The notes under the pieces are model-generated. The model did no database searches. It was not told where the DNA came from and saw only the letters and a program-made list of their open reading frames with translations. Positions 12,729 to 25,218 of a DNA stretch of 64,000 bases are shown piece after piece; the stretch's first letter is position 1; every line of letters begins with the position of its first letter. The DNA comes from Calcarisporiella thermophila CBS 279.70. Taxonomy: Eukaryota > Fungi > Calcarisporiellomycota. Location: the NCBI RefSeq assembly GCF_041956535.1, contig NW_027192192.1:117700-181699 (forward strand), in the 5' to 3' direction. Position numbers and translations under genes: made by a program.

Positions 12729-14717
12729 AAAAACCTTTGCATTTTCTTATTTGTGTCTGTTCCACCGCGCTATGCCTTTGAAATGATCATTTTGCAGTTG
12801 CATTGAGATAGGAGCTCTATTTAAATAAAGTCAGAACTGATTAACATACTTTCGATTCCTGTCAAAAAAAGTAGATACTACTCTGATAGTATAGTGGGTG
12901 CTTCTGAGAATCCGACCGTTAAACTCTCAGGGCTTTGCAAATAAAACAAAAACAAAACAAGTGCTTTATGCAAAGAACGCGACGCTTCGACGAGCTTCCA
13001 GGGAGAAGTGCATTCCCATCGGCTACCTCGGCACATCCCTTGAGTATTCGATTCTGTAGGGTGGTTGCAGCTAGGCCTCTATCCCCTTATTCAGATTCCG
13101 TATGTCTCAGGGGATGACTAATTTATACGCACCGCTCAGGGCCGGTGCGAAGAGCACTACCCATTGCCGCAGGAATGAACTTGGTGATCTCTTAAACGAT
13201 ATAGTTCTCGGTATATCTTTTCATGCTCTTCCACCTATCTCCCCCATCCCGACATCCATGCTCTAATTGTTGCTCGGGCGCTATGACAATTCCACATCCC
13301 TATCAGCCAACCATCATTGTTGAATTTAGAACAGCAGCTTGAAGCAGGCGCGGGAGTCAGAATCATTTCGAGTTCCCGTGAGACGACATTGGCTCAGAGC
13401 CGCACCCACGACGAAAGTTGTGTTTAAAGAGAATGTTCGAGGTAGGTTTCTATCACCCAGCAGATGGGATGGGGCAGAGCAACCAGTTTTTGCAGACGAA
13501 TTTGACACCTACGGAAATGGAAAGTTGCGAACGCAAAAATCTCTCAAACCATAACTAACCCAAAATTGCGTTTTGGTGTAACGCCGTGACTGTGAGTTGT
13601 TTTCGCCTCCACCAACCACGGGGCAGAAATGAGCGTGGTTATATGGAGAAAGGTTTGAGGTATTTTGGCTTATAAAAAGGCGCCCACCTGCAAAAGAGTT
13701 GAAAATTCTTTCGCAAACTTTTTCTTGCGCACTTCTTATCCTTTCCTTCTACTCTTCCAACTATTCGAGCCTCACTCCTATAGTTTGGTATACCCAATTG
13801 TGTGCAACTGATGTGCTAGCAGTAGGTTTAGTCTTTGTCTGTAACCCATGGTATTCCCTCTATAGTCTCCCTGGTTATCGCCCCTTGCCTATGCTTATGG
13901 GTGGGGCCACCAGGATTGTGTCTAGTGTCTATTGCATTTAGTATACCCCACATTCATCTACCTCTGCATTCCATGATGAATCATCTCACTGCAACCATAG
14001 CCAAGTGGTATGACCTAGGACTTTGATACTATCTCTATACCTGCTCTATCTTCGTGATGCCATCAGTGGCTTAGCTATGTCGTCATTTTGGGGTGGTGGA
14101 GTAGTCAATTTAGTGTCCGGAATTTTTTACTCTTGGGGACCACCCTGCGTTCCCAGTGCTTTTTCCTTAGGCTGCATGGTACACAAGCGCCTCTTTGTGT
14201 TTTAAGCATGGGTCTCGCGATCCCACTGTTTTTACCACCCGTTCCACTCCTCTCTATTGTATTTGCCAACGCTTTAGTCGCGTTCATATCGGACCTTGTT
14301 TGTGAATGTTTTGTTCTCACGCCAAGTTGACTTTCATGCTTCCATGATAGAACTGTGTTCACAAATTAATGCCTCCTAACCTTCCATCCCAACGCTAGTA
14401 GGGTGATGAGTGGATGGAAATTGACTCATGTTTGATGAATTGCCCTCCACCGCCTGGGTCACCGAGTATAATTGATTAATTAACGTGTTTCCATGCCAGC
14501 TCTGTGTTTTTTACCCATTTTAACTTTATTACCGGTCGCAGAGCGATGCTTGGGAAGGTCTGATTTTTTGCGCGTGGTATATAAACGCGTCTCTTTTTAT
14601 TATCCTACTCTTTACCCCCATTTAAAGTTTGAACGAGCTTTTGACAGGCTCTTTTTCTCTCTATTTAATAAATATCCTCCTTGGATTCATTTCTTTCCGC
14701 TAATAATAATAATAATA

Positions 14718-15418
14718 ATGCTCCGACAACTGTCTCTCGCTACATTGGTGCTGGCAACCGTGATTTCCATGGCAGCGGCCCATGTTACCATGAACCCCAA
14801 TACCAATGCCGCCAACTCGTACTTTGCGAGCGCCTTCCGTGTTCCCCACGGTTGCAACGGCTCGCCCACCACCCTGGTTTCACTCAAGATTCCCGGTAAG
14901 TGATGAGATGAGCCAACGGGAATGGCGGAGCCCCGTCATGCTAAAAAAAACCCTTTCTTCCCCGCGCAGAATCCCTCACCGGTGTGAAGCCCCGTATCAT
15001 GGCCGGATGGAATATCACCATCGGAACGAAGCCGCTCGACCCCCCGATCACTGCAGAGGGAGGCAAGACCATCAACACCACCGCCGACACCATCACATGG
15101 ACCAACGGGCTTATCCCGGACAACATGTACGAGGACTTCTGGCTCTCCTTCCGCCTTCCCCCCTACGATGACCCCAAGACCATCAACAATACCGTCTACT
15201 TCCCCGTGTCGCAGCAGTGCCAGGACGGCACCTGGCTCAACTGGACCCAGATCCCCGGCTCGGGCGCCTCGTCGTCGCAGAACCCGGCCCCGTACATCAA
15301 GCTCACTAACGGCAACACCCCCGCCCAGGCCAGCGAGAAGAAGAGCGACGCCTCGAAGTTGAACGCATTCGCCGGGGTGGCGCTGATGGCGGCTGTCAGT
15401 TCCCTCATGATGCTATAA
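14718..15418 (+). CDS. YcnI/DUF1775-family copper-binding protein, secreted and probably GPI-anchored (exons 14718-14895, 14970-15418)
   Basis: Signal peptide ending AAA|H, leaving an N-terminal His. Family motifs FRVPHGC..PTT.VSLKIP..VKP..GW, ITWT, YFPVSQQC..NW and PAP. Hydrophobic C-terminal tail. TATATAAA at 14578. Confidence 0.9.
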
Positions 15419-16177
15419 AAGGCGGTCGCCTGTGTCACGTGTGGCTCGGTGTTTTTCGGTGTTCTCTTTTTAATTTTAATATTCCAGAAACAATTTTAAG
15501 CAGTTTTTTTTTTCTATTTCATTTCCTATTTGCCTCCTCTCTTCCTGCTTCCACTAGGAAGCCATGCAGGGTGGAAGCGGGGATATTTATTCACTATGTC
15601 CTTATTGCCTATTCTCTCAATTTATGCTTTTCCCCTCGACCCTCTGTGGCTTTAGTCCCCTTATCCACACTGTTTAGTGGTCCCCGATTTGTGTCGATCT
15701 ATTATTTCGCCATATTGCTATTCTCTTTGAAAATAAGTCATTTCTACCCATCTTTCCAACTCAGTCGGGTTCCCCAGCGCCGGCAAAGGCAAAGCGACCT
15801 TCCTCTTTGATCTTTTTTCATTTCCAGAAGCTTTGGCATTTACCAACCAGATCGAAAGAAAAGGAACCATGAAATGGGGTCTAGTTCCCCCTTTCCTACG
15901 ATTTGTAATATTTGTAATAAAAGACATGGCGGACCCCCTAGCCCTAACGGCCTATTTATAAAAGTGCCGGCTCCCTTCCTGAATCCCTTTTTTCTTAGAA
16001 AAAAATTTTTTCCCAACTTTTTGTTTTGAAAAAGGTTCGACGAGAACTGAAACAGCCTTGAAAAATAGCCTTGGTGTGATTGCTATTTCCCGTTGTTTTA
16101 TCTTTCAAGTCTTTCTTCCAGTGCTTCCTCTCTTTTTCCCCTCCTCCATTGTTGACACCAGCATACGACTGCAAAGG

Positions 16178-17487
16178 ATGGTGAAAACGGTTGTGTCTTT
16201 GCTCGCGTTGGGCGGATTGGCATGCGGTAATTATTCCAGCCCATGTTTCTAGCTCTTGCTTCCCGTGCTCTGAAAAGACCATTGGATGGGCTGTTTGAAG
16301 ATTTTGGCTAATATATCCCCTTCCCATCTGCGTATGAATTAGCTGCCGTTGACCTAAAGCCCCAAACGGGCCAGCTCTGCTTCCGAAACGAGCAATTGTG
16401 TATCGCCGCACAAATATTGCCCACCGGAAATGCTTTTGAGATGACCTTAATTGCACCGCAGAATATGGGGTAAGAAAACTGCTGCATCCGTCTCCTTTTG
16501 CCAATGTGCATAGCTAAATAACGGTTATGTTCAATTAGCTATGTGAGTGTCGGAATTGGTGAATGGATGATCAATGCCGATATCATTGTGGCCTGGCCAA
16601 CCGCCAATCAAAACTACACAATCTCGGACCGCAAGGCCATCGACTATGTCGAGCCCCTGGTGGACAGGCAGCAAGATGCCGTACTGGTGCCCGAAAAAAG
16701 CGGTCTTCAAAACGGCAAGCACTACATCACGTTCCGTCGCCCATTACGGACAGGAGACTCCTCGGACAATCCCGTCGTGGCGGGAACTAGAATGGCATGG
16801 ATATGGGCCTTGGATAGTCAGCGCCCAAGCAGCGCATTTGAAAATGCCACGCTCAACCCCCATGGGAGCGAGGGTGTGGGCCGATTCTCGATGGCTCTGA
16901 CCCCCGCCGGGATTGCAGGCACTTCGGTGCAAGCGCGATTTGACATTGGGGGGCTTGCCTTCTTCCACGGGCTACTGATGGCCTTGGTGTGGCTGGTGGC
17001 TGGCCCGCTGGCGGCATTCATTGCTCGCTTCCTGAAGGCGACGATGGGCAGTGCTTGGTTCCCCGGGCACTGGGGCACCGCTACGGTAGGCGTCGTGTTG
17101 ACCCTCATTGGGTTTGGCCTTGGAATTGCGGCGACTCGCGGCGCGCACTTCACCACTCCCCACACCATCATCGGCCTTATTGTGGTCATTCTCACTCTCT
17201 TGCAAGCAGGGTGGGGCATCTACATCGATCGGACCTTTGATCCCTCGCGCGTGAAAACCCCTGCCCGTGACTACCTTCATCATGTAGGAGGCTACCTGCT
17301 CGTCCTCCTTTCCATAGCCAATGTGTGCTTGGGCTTGCTGGCGTTCGGCCCCGGAAGTGGATGGATCTTTGGGCTCTACGGCGCATGGGTTGGGCTCATC
17401 GTGTTTACGTTTGCGGGCGCGCAGATTCGAAAGACCTTGAGGTCGATGCGGACGAAGGAGGTCGAGGATATAAAATCGCTTTCTTGA
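16178..17487 (+). CDS. DOMON + cytochrome b561 (CYBDOM) transmembrane reductase (exons 16178-16226, 16343-16469, 16539-17487)
   Basis: Signal peptide. DOMON domain GYVSVGIGEWMINADIIVAW with heme-type Met and His (NPHG). About five TM helices carrying four b561 His residues (FFHG, GHWG, PHTIIG, LHHVGG). Confidence 0.9.
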
Positions 17488-18022
17488 GGTGTCCGCCGCC
17501 CCATCTATCTCGGCGACTCGTTTTTCTTAAAGTTTTGTCTTTTTGTTTTTGTTCCCACGTGTATTCTTTTGATACGATAGTGTTTTTTATTCTCCTCCCC
17601 ACTTCCCTCCTAGCTCTTTAGATACCTCCCGAACCCTGTTTATCTTCTATTTATTCCATCCTATGAAATAGTTGACTATTATTATGGAGGATCCCGTTTT
17701 TCTTAAACATGAAATTCACTGCTGAAAGTATCCAGCTTGGTTCAGATGGCCTTACCCTCCCCCCAAGAGGCGCTGCATCAAGGATTTGGGCACATTTCCA
17801 ATTTGTTGGCTGAAGACCATCGAATGGCGGAACCTTCCAAACGGACTGTTCCAATCCATTTTCAGGGAAAATTCGATCTTTCTATAGTACAAGGACGCTA
17901 GAGTCCTGTGTTTATTTACTTGAAACCAGGTATAGTAAGTGGTACAGGAATGAACACTTCCAAAAGAAGAAGAGAGGGAAGGGGAGGAGAAGAGGGGGAG
18001 AGAAGGCCGCCCAAAGAACCGT

Positions 18023-18850
18023 TTATAGGTTCAGGTTCTTGAAGACTCTCACCAAATCGAGCAGGCGCTCTTTTGAAGGCGTGGTCGCTTTGACGCTGGG
18101 ATGGGAGATCACCGTCTGAGCATACGCATTCACGCGCTCATACTCTTTTGTCTCCGGGACGTGGAACCCGACTTCTTGGAGAAGCTGGTATCGAACAAAG
18201 AAGGGGGCGGCGGCAATATCGGCGTAGGTGAATTGGTCGCCTAGGAAATAGGGCCCGTTGGACTGTTTGACGAGGGCGTCGTTGATTTCACGTAAGCCCT
18301 TGAGGAACGCCTCGTGCTCTTTTTCGCCTTTCGAGAAGGCCCGGTAGTAATGGGGGGTGACTTTGTTGTCGAGAAGGGCGACAAAGATACGCGACTGGGC
18401 GCGCAGGAGAGGGTCCTCGACGAAAACAACTATATCAATCAAGATTGCGTCATTAAGTGTCTATGTTTCACAAGCTGTCTTCACATGAGGACACGTCGTC
18501 CCCTCGCCTCCCCTACTTACCCCTGGTCCTTCCCGTACTTCTCGAGCAGATATTCGACGATGACGAGCGACTCGATGAGGATCGTGTCGCCCTCCTTAAG
18601 GCTGGGAACTTTCCCCTGCGGATTGATCTTGAAATACCTTATATAGAAGGCAAAGGAAGTTAGTTTCCCTTCCAAGGACACCAGCCTGTGGCTTCATTCA
18701 TCCGCGTGCATACCACTCGGGCTTGTTATCAAGGTCAATTTCGAACGTTTCGTCCGGAACAATGCCCAATTCCTTCAGCGTGGTAGCTACGCGATGCGCG
18801 TAAGGGCAGTTGTCGTGGTTATAGAAGTTGATGGCTGATTTAGGCGACAT
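18023..18850 (-). CDS. Cys-type (omega-like) glutathione S-transferase (3 exons)
   Basis: MSPKSAINFYNHDNCPYAHRV (CPYA active site), DLDNKPEW, INPQGKVPSL, ESLVIVEYL, and the C-domain motif GPYFLGDQFTYADIA. Confidence 0.92.
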
Positions 18851-20778
18851 GGTTTTTGCTTTTTTTTTCGATTCAATTGGAGTTGGATAGGATGGAAAAC
18901 ACAGCTAATCATGCTCGCCCTCTTTATAGTCTCCTCTTCACAGATTGAAACGACGCGACCTGTGAGGAGGATTGGATCACCAATTTGTCATCGAATTGGA
19001 TTTCTAAGCTCCCCATCCTCTTTAGTCATTCCTCGATTCCTAATACGAGCCCGCATTTCAAATAGCCAAATTGTTCCATCACCTCAATCCTAGCCCTGAT
19101 ACCATAAGATTCTCTCCAAGGTCAGCGCATCAAGGCCCCGAGAAGAGCCTTGATGCGTTGGCGCCTCTCAATCTTTCTTCCACCAAGTTCAACCCTAGCT
19201 TTAAGCTATGCCGTGTTAAGCAAACAAATTAGCCAGTTGGGATGCATTTCTTGTCTCCAGGGACTGAGCCGTCGCTGTCCTCTTGTGCTCGGCTTGCAGC
19301 AAGCTAAAACGCCATTTTCACACGAAGGAAGGGGAGCTTTTATTGCTGGAAAGCGGCCACGGCCGACATGGATCCATCGCCTATTTGCCCCCCTCCCCAG
19401 TTGACCCCAACTTTGACCAAATTTATTCTAGAACGAGCCTTATTTTGTAAATTAGTTTGCCTCACATTGTTGTTTTCGAATCATGTAGATAAACAAACAT
19501 ACAGAGTTCGGTTCACGATCACAGTGAGGTCTAGCGGCTCTACTCTCCAACGCTTGACGTTGCTAGATCCTCGGATTATAGTATAAGCAAGGAAGAACAA
19601 AAAAAAAATAAATGACGCGATCTCTTTATGTATATAGAAAGGGCGATTCAGATTCCGCTCATTGTTTATGTACGAGCGGGGGAGGACAAGCGGTCTATTT
19701 TTCCGCTGAGATGATCGTCAGCTAATAACTTTGCGGGAATTTCTGCCCTATTTCCACAGTATAGCCTGGCACCAGTGATAGGCACCGTCACCCGATAACA
19801 AGGCCCAGCTGAGCCGACAATAGGTAAAGAAGCTGATAAATCGCGCTAGCCATTGTCCCGCTGCGCTCCAATCACGGCCGGCGGCGGTTCGGCTAGCGAT
19901 ATGCACGCGCAGTTAGCGATCAACCACAGGCGACGATGGGGGTTGAGATGGAGATGGAGCAGGGAGGGGAAACGAGGGTCTCAAGAGTGCGAATCATCTC
20001 GCCTGAGAGTCGCACGCTTCTCCAGCGCCGGGCACACTCGAGATAGGCCCGGGGCCGCCCATTGGCTGGGTCGGATTAGACGAGTCATCGCGCAAGAAGG
20101 TGCGCCTAAGAGCCGAGATCTAGATGCAAAGCCGATGCCAGGTTTTGGGTTATTGTTCCCGTGCAGGGGGTGGGGCTTTGGCGGCCCACACTGGCCCGCC
20201 CTCATGCGGCGGGCCAAGAGGAAGGAGAAGTCAAAGCAGGCGCGGCGAATACGGGCGAGCCAGTTTGTTTTCGCGTTGTGTATTGTTTTGATCGCTGCAT
20301 GTCCCACAACGGCAAAATTTAGAGTTGTAATCTAACGGCCCGATTTCTTCTCACCCTTCATCTCCATAACTCCATATTTGTTCGACTTGTTTGTTATAAC
20401 TGAAAGCTCGTTTTTTTTTAATCATATAACTGCGATTACCTGATGCTTGTCCTCCTCCTTCTTCTCTATCCGACTGCTTTTCTATCGCGCATCCTTTTCC
20501 TACTCCTCGGTACTCTGCCTTCTTCTCGCCCCCCCCCATCCCTCCCCCTCCGGCCCTCTCCTACTCTCCCTCATCTCTCTCCCGTACTTCCTACTAACTG
20601 CGATATTCCGCATCCAAGTTCATTCTTTTTGCGTTCTCCTGCGTATTTTCCTCCTTTCCCTCCGAGCTCTTCCACTGGCAGAAGGCAACAAAAGAAAGAC
20701 CGCGGATGCACATTAATTCAATTCAATCTAATAGACGCCCTTAGCATAATCCATCCCCCTTTTTTGAGAGAAAATAAA

Positions 20779-22259
20779 ATGAACCGAGGCAATATCCCAC
20801 TCTTGATTCAGCAGGTGATCGAGGAGCGTACCGCAACCCTTATCACTTCACGGCCGCCTGCGCTGGTCGCGGCGGAAGAGACGGATGGCTTCCACAAGGC
20901 GACCACCACACCGGCCCCTGCTGCTTCGCCGCAACTCAACCCGCAGGCTATTTCCAACCTGAACTGGTGGCTGTCGTTCGACCCTTCCATCCGGTATCAG
21001 GAGGACACGCAGCCGGTCCCGCCCCCGCCGCCACCCCCGCTTCTGCATGTGTACAGTGTGCCCGAATTGTGTGAGGACGACGACGACGACGAGGAGGAGG
21101 AGAGCGAGGCCTATTATGAAGACGAGAATGAGGACTCGGCGGAGGATTCAGATGATGCGTCCGAGTGGGACGCCGACAGCCAGACGGACCCCTACATGTT
21201 TGAATCCCCCATCGGCTCGGGGGAAGGAAACCGCCTGGGAGAGTTGGCGGAGCCTGTGCCTTCCCTTGTGCCGGTGCGGATGGTTCCCCCCGACCACGTC
21301 TACTCGTTCGATACCCTCGACTCTGTCTTATTCTCCGACACCGGTGACAACGACCACGACCAACAGCCTGACCAGATTGACTTGAGCAAGCAGCCCGTGC
21401 CGGAAGTTGAGCGTCGCCCCTCTCTGTTATCGAAGTTGCTGGGCAGTGGCTCAAGCAACATCTTAGACGCGCAACCGTCAGGCGCACAGCGGGCGGCCAC
21501 AAGGGAGCGCGCGCTCTCCATTGACACATCCAGTCTAGAGTCGTATGTTGGACGCGGGGTCCTTGAGGATCTGATGCAAAGACCTTCCAATCCGACTCCT
21601 GAGGATCAGACCCTTGTCTCCTTGTCCAAATACTTTGGCGGCGAAGAGGAGGGATGCTCGGGGCTGCCTCCTAAGGGCACCCCGCTATCCTCTTCGACGG
21701 GTCTTGCCCGTGGCTGCAGCGGCGAGAAGGACAGCCAGGCACCATGGGAGGGCCCATCCTCCCAAAAAGCGGCCGGGTCTTGCCGGGAGACCGTGAAGCT
21801 ATTACTCGGAAAAGCTAAGGAGAAGGCGTCCGAAATGGAAGTGACCAAGTCCCACTGGAAGGTGAGTCGTCCTGTGACTTGGCTTTACAAAGCTCGCCTC
21901 TATTTTGTTTGCTAACCCTTTGTGTCTTCATTGCTTAGCCGGACGATCAAGCTTCCTGCTGTCACTTCTGCTATCGCCTGTTCACCCTCACCCGCCGCCG
22001 CCATCACTGTCGGATTTGCGGCGAAGTCTTCTGCTCGCCTTGCTCCTCGGGCATGACACGCTTGGACGCCAACGGCATTCCCGACCCGTCGGGCAACGCC
22101 CCCTACTTCGGTCGCGTCTGTATCAACTGCCACCACCGGTACAAGCTTGGCGACGACGAGTGGGGGCGTTACGGCTGGGCCATGACAGTGCTGCGCTACG
22201 GCCAGCGCGCATTGGCATGGGGGGCTAAGCGAAATTGGCCGGGTTTTGTGCTGGTGTGA
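20779..22259 (+). CDS. FYVE zinc-finger protein with long disordered acidic N-terminus (intron 21862-21938)
   Basis: The spliced reading WK|PDDQASCCHFC..RRRHHCRICGEVFCSPC..RVCINC contains the WxxD, R(R/K)HHCR and RVC signatures. The start codon is less certain. Confidence 0.88.
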
Positions 22260-23160
22260 AACTCTAATTTGTTTATTATCTGTTACTATTTTCCTGAATT
22301 TCTATTTTCGAGATCCGTGGATCCAGTATTTATACGCGTGCTGTTTTCTTTTTCCTTTTGCCATTGCTGTTGAGTTGCTTTTTCGTTTGCATTCCTAGTT
22401 ATTCTTAATTTGCGCAACCGTGTTCTAATATTCTTATGTCTATATTTTATAATTTTAGGTATACTTCATCTTCCCCTTCCTCCCCCTCCTCATAGTGTTC
22501 TATTTCCTATCATCAATGTCATGGATTTGCTTTTTTTTTTTCCTTTGTTTTATCTCGTTGCACCACTGAATATACCAAATAAAGAGTAGAGCTTGAACCA
22601 CCACGGCCTGCGCGTCGGGGACAGGATTGAGGGGAGGGGGAAAGCTCCTTGGGCGAAGCGCAATAGACACCTGTCTTCCGGTTTTCCAAAGTCCGAGCCT
22701 AGATGGTGTTTTCGTATGACAAAGAGCTGCAATGGTCGGAGTAAAAACAAGACAATTCAGGAGCAGGAAGGTGCTATTTTAAATCTACGTGAGAGTTGCA
22801 AACAGGAGACAAGGGCAAAAGCAAATCCCTCTTTTTTGTTTTTCCTCCATTTCTTCCCTCCAACTAAACCAACTACGTCATCGCTGTGTTAGGATTTCTC
22901 CATCCCAACTGGGTAGTTGGAGAGAGAACTCAAGCTTACCGATTCTTTTTTTTTTTTTCCCTCTTTCCTCCTCCTCTTCCCATTTCTTGTCGTAGAGATA
23001 CTTGCTTTTCTTCCCCCCTCCACAGTTTATTGATCGGCCATTCGTGGATACCATCGCTGTACATTTGATTCTGTATTTGGAAAGTTGATTGCGGTTTTTT
23101 TTTTCTTTGTTCCCGCTTCTCAATCTTTCGTCCTCTTTTGCTGTCCCTCTCCCAATTGAT

Positions 23161-24330
23161 ATGTCGTTTCTGGATCAGCAACCCAGCCATCCGGCATCCA
23201 GCTCCGCCAAGGAGCCACTGCGACTCACCCACCCCACACCCTTCCACGTCCAACAATCCCTGCTTCGACAGGAGAAAGAGAAGATCGAGGAGGAAGATGA
23301 TACATTTTCTTCGGTGGATCTCACCATGCACTCCCTCTCTCAATTCCACAACTATCCGCTGAACGACTCGTCGATTTCCGGCAATGGGGTTGGGGATGGG
23401 TTTGCGGGGGTCGATCCATCGCTGATGTCGCCCCTCTCCGCCACCCCCATTGGCTCGCCCTCCATTAGTCACATGGAGACTACCTCTCCCTACGGCCGAT
23501 CTCCAGTCAACAATACACTCTACTCGCCCACCGCGGGCGGCGCCGACTTGGGCGGAGATCTCGCGATGGATCCATCTCATTTCGGCGGGATGACATTTAC
23601 TCGTTCGCTGCGACGGCCCACCATGGCATCGACCGCAGGCGGCGAAATAGTGGGAAGCCCCCCGATGTTCCACAGCATGTCTATGCCATCGCACGGACCG
23701 GGCGGAGGTTGGCTAGGTGGTTCGAGCTTCCAAGAGCACGATGCATTCCCCGGCTCCCATCCGAGCTCATTCGAATTGCGGAGCGGCGGCGCCGCCATGC
23801 TGGCCAATATGGGGGATTCGGACGACCCAGAGAATCAGAAACAGTGAGTATTCAAACGAGTGACTGGAGCATGGTTTGAGGAAGCACGACGGACGTTAAC
23901 TATTCCTTTACCATAGAGCTCAAATTGTATTTGAGAAGAGAAGGCGTAGGCGCGAATCACACAATGCAGGTAATCCTCCGTTTCCGCTCGATCGACCTTT
24001 ATGGGGGGCTGTTTCGTAGGATCCTGTGTATTGACCCTCCATTTATTGACTCTTATAGTCGAGAGACGCAGAAGAGATAACATCAATGAGAAGATCCAGG
24101 AGCTGTCTTCGCTTTTACCAGAGAACTTTCTGGATGGAAAGCCGAACAAGGGCATCATCCTCAAGAAGTCGGTGGACTACATCAAGACCTTGCAGATGCA
24201 GCTCCAGAAGCAGGCCGCGCGCAATCGGGAGCTGGAGGCGATGATGCGGCAGTATCAGAATAATTTCAGTATCAATGACCGGAATCCCAACTCGGAGGAC
24301 GGGTGGGGCGCGGGTGCGTCGGGGAGCTAG
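23161..24330 (+). CDS. bHLH-ZIP transcription factor, MiT/TFE / Rtg3-like (3 exons)
   Basis: Spliced basic region [49 protein letters not shown] followed by a coiled coil. Confidence 0.9.
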
Positions 24331-25218
24331 TCGACCTGATGGACGGAATGTTTGCCTCGATTGTTTTTGCCTCTTAATTTTTCTTCTTCTTTTTATATCT
24401 TTGGGTTTTTCGTATTTTTAGCTCTCTTTCTGCTGTTTTCTTTTCTTTTTTTTTTTTAATTCTGATTCCCAACCCCTACCTCTTCCCCCCATTCAACCTA
24501 CCTTTTTTTTTTTTTCTCCCTCACATTTCCTTTTTTTTTTTTGCTATCCAAGTTCACCATAATTATTTGCTTTCCACCATGTAGATATAGGTTTCTCTTA
24601 TTTTTTTTTTCCTTTCTTTTATTGTTCTCGAAGCGATATCTTGCCAGCGTGTAGATATAAGTTTTACCATGTCTTATTTTTAATTGTTTTGGAAACATAG
24701 CGTCTTTAACCATGGAAAATGTCATGGACCCATGAGGTAAATGGATTCGCATTCATGTTGAAGCCTTTTTAAACTATCCTGCTACCTATGCCTCCTGATG
24801 CAAAATGATAAGGCGGGACCTATGGATGATAAAGAAAATAAACTTCACGTGAAGGTCGAGCGTTCCTGAGGCATGTGACGAGATGGCCTTCATGCTCACC
24901 CTCTTTCTAGTAGGGAGGAAAAACTGTCAAAACTCTAGCAAGTGTATGCAATGCGTACGGTCTGTTTGCACTCTAGGGGCGCATTTTGTTTGGGTGAACT
25001 CAAAGATTTTGACTTCCATCGCTTCTCGACAGCCCTGGTTCAGCAAATTGCTAGACTGATTTGCTCTAGGAAAATGGTGTCGTCAAAATAGGCGGTATTT
25101 ACTCAACTGCACCTTTGTCTCAAGCAAGCATCTAATTTTTATTTAATATCTACTTGAAAGGGAAAGGAAGAGGGGAAAGAGAAGGGGATGGGAGGAGGGG
25201 GAAGTGTCCATACTCGAG

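Noticed and set aside
13577-14363. Possible solo LTR inside the copper cluster (TGTAACG start, TATAAAA at 13671, ..TTCACA end)
   Set aside because: There is no matching target-site duplication, no convincing terminal inverted repeat and no second copy in the window. It needs a genome-wide search.
14701-14717. (TAA)n microsatellite directly before the YcnI ATG
   Set aside because: It is a short simple repeat with no evidence of function beyond providing an A-rich start context.
20443-20778. N-terminal extension of the 490-aa ORF in the track
   Set aside because: It is pyrimidine-rich low-complexity sequence typical of a 5' UTR. The ATG at 20779 (AAAATG) is the better start.
5763-24330. Endolysosomal cluster (VPS11, FYVE protein, MiT/TFE-like bHLH)
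   Set aside because: The genes are not adjacent and belong to common families, so proximity is compatible with chance.
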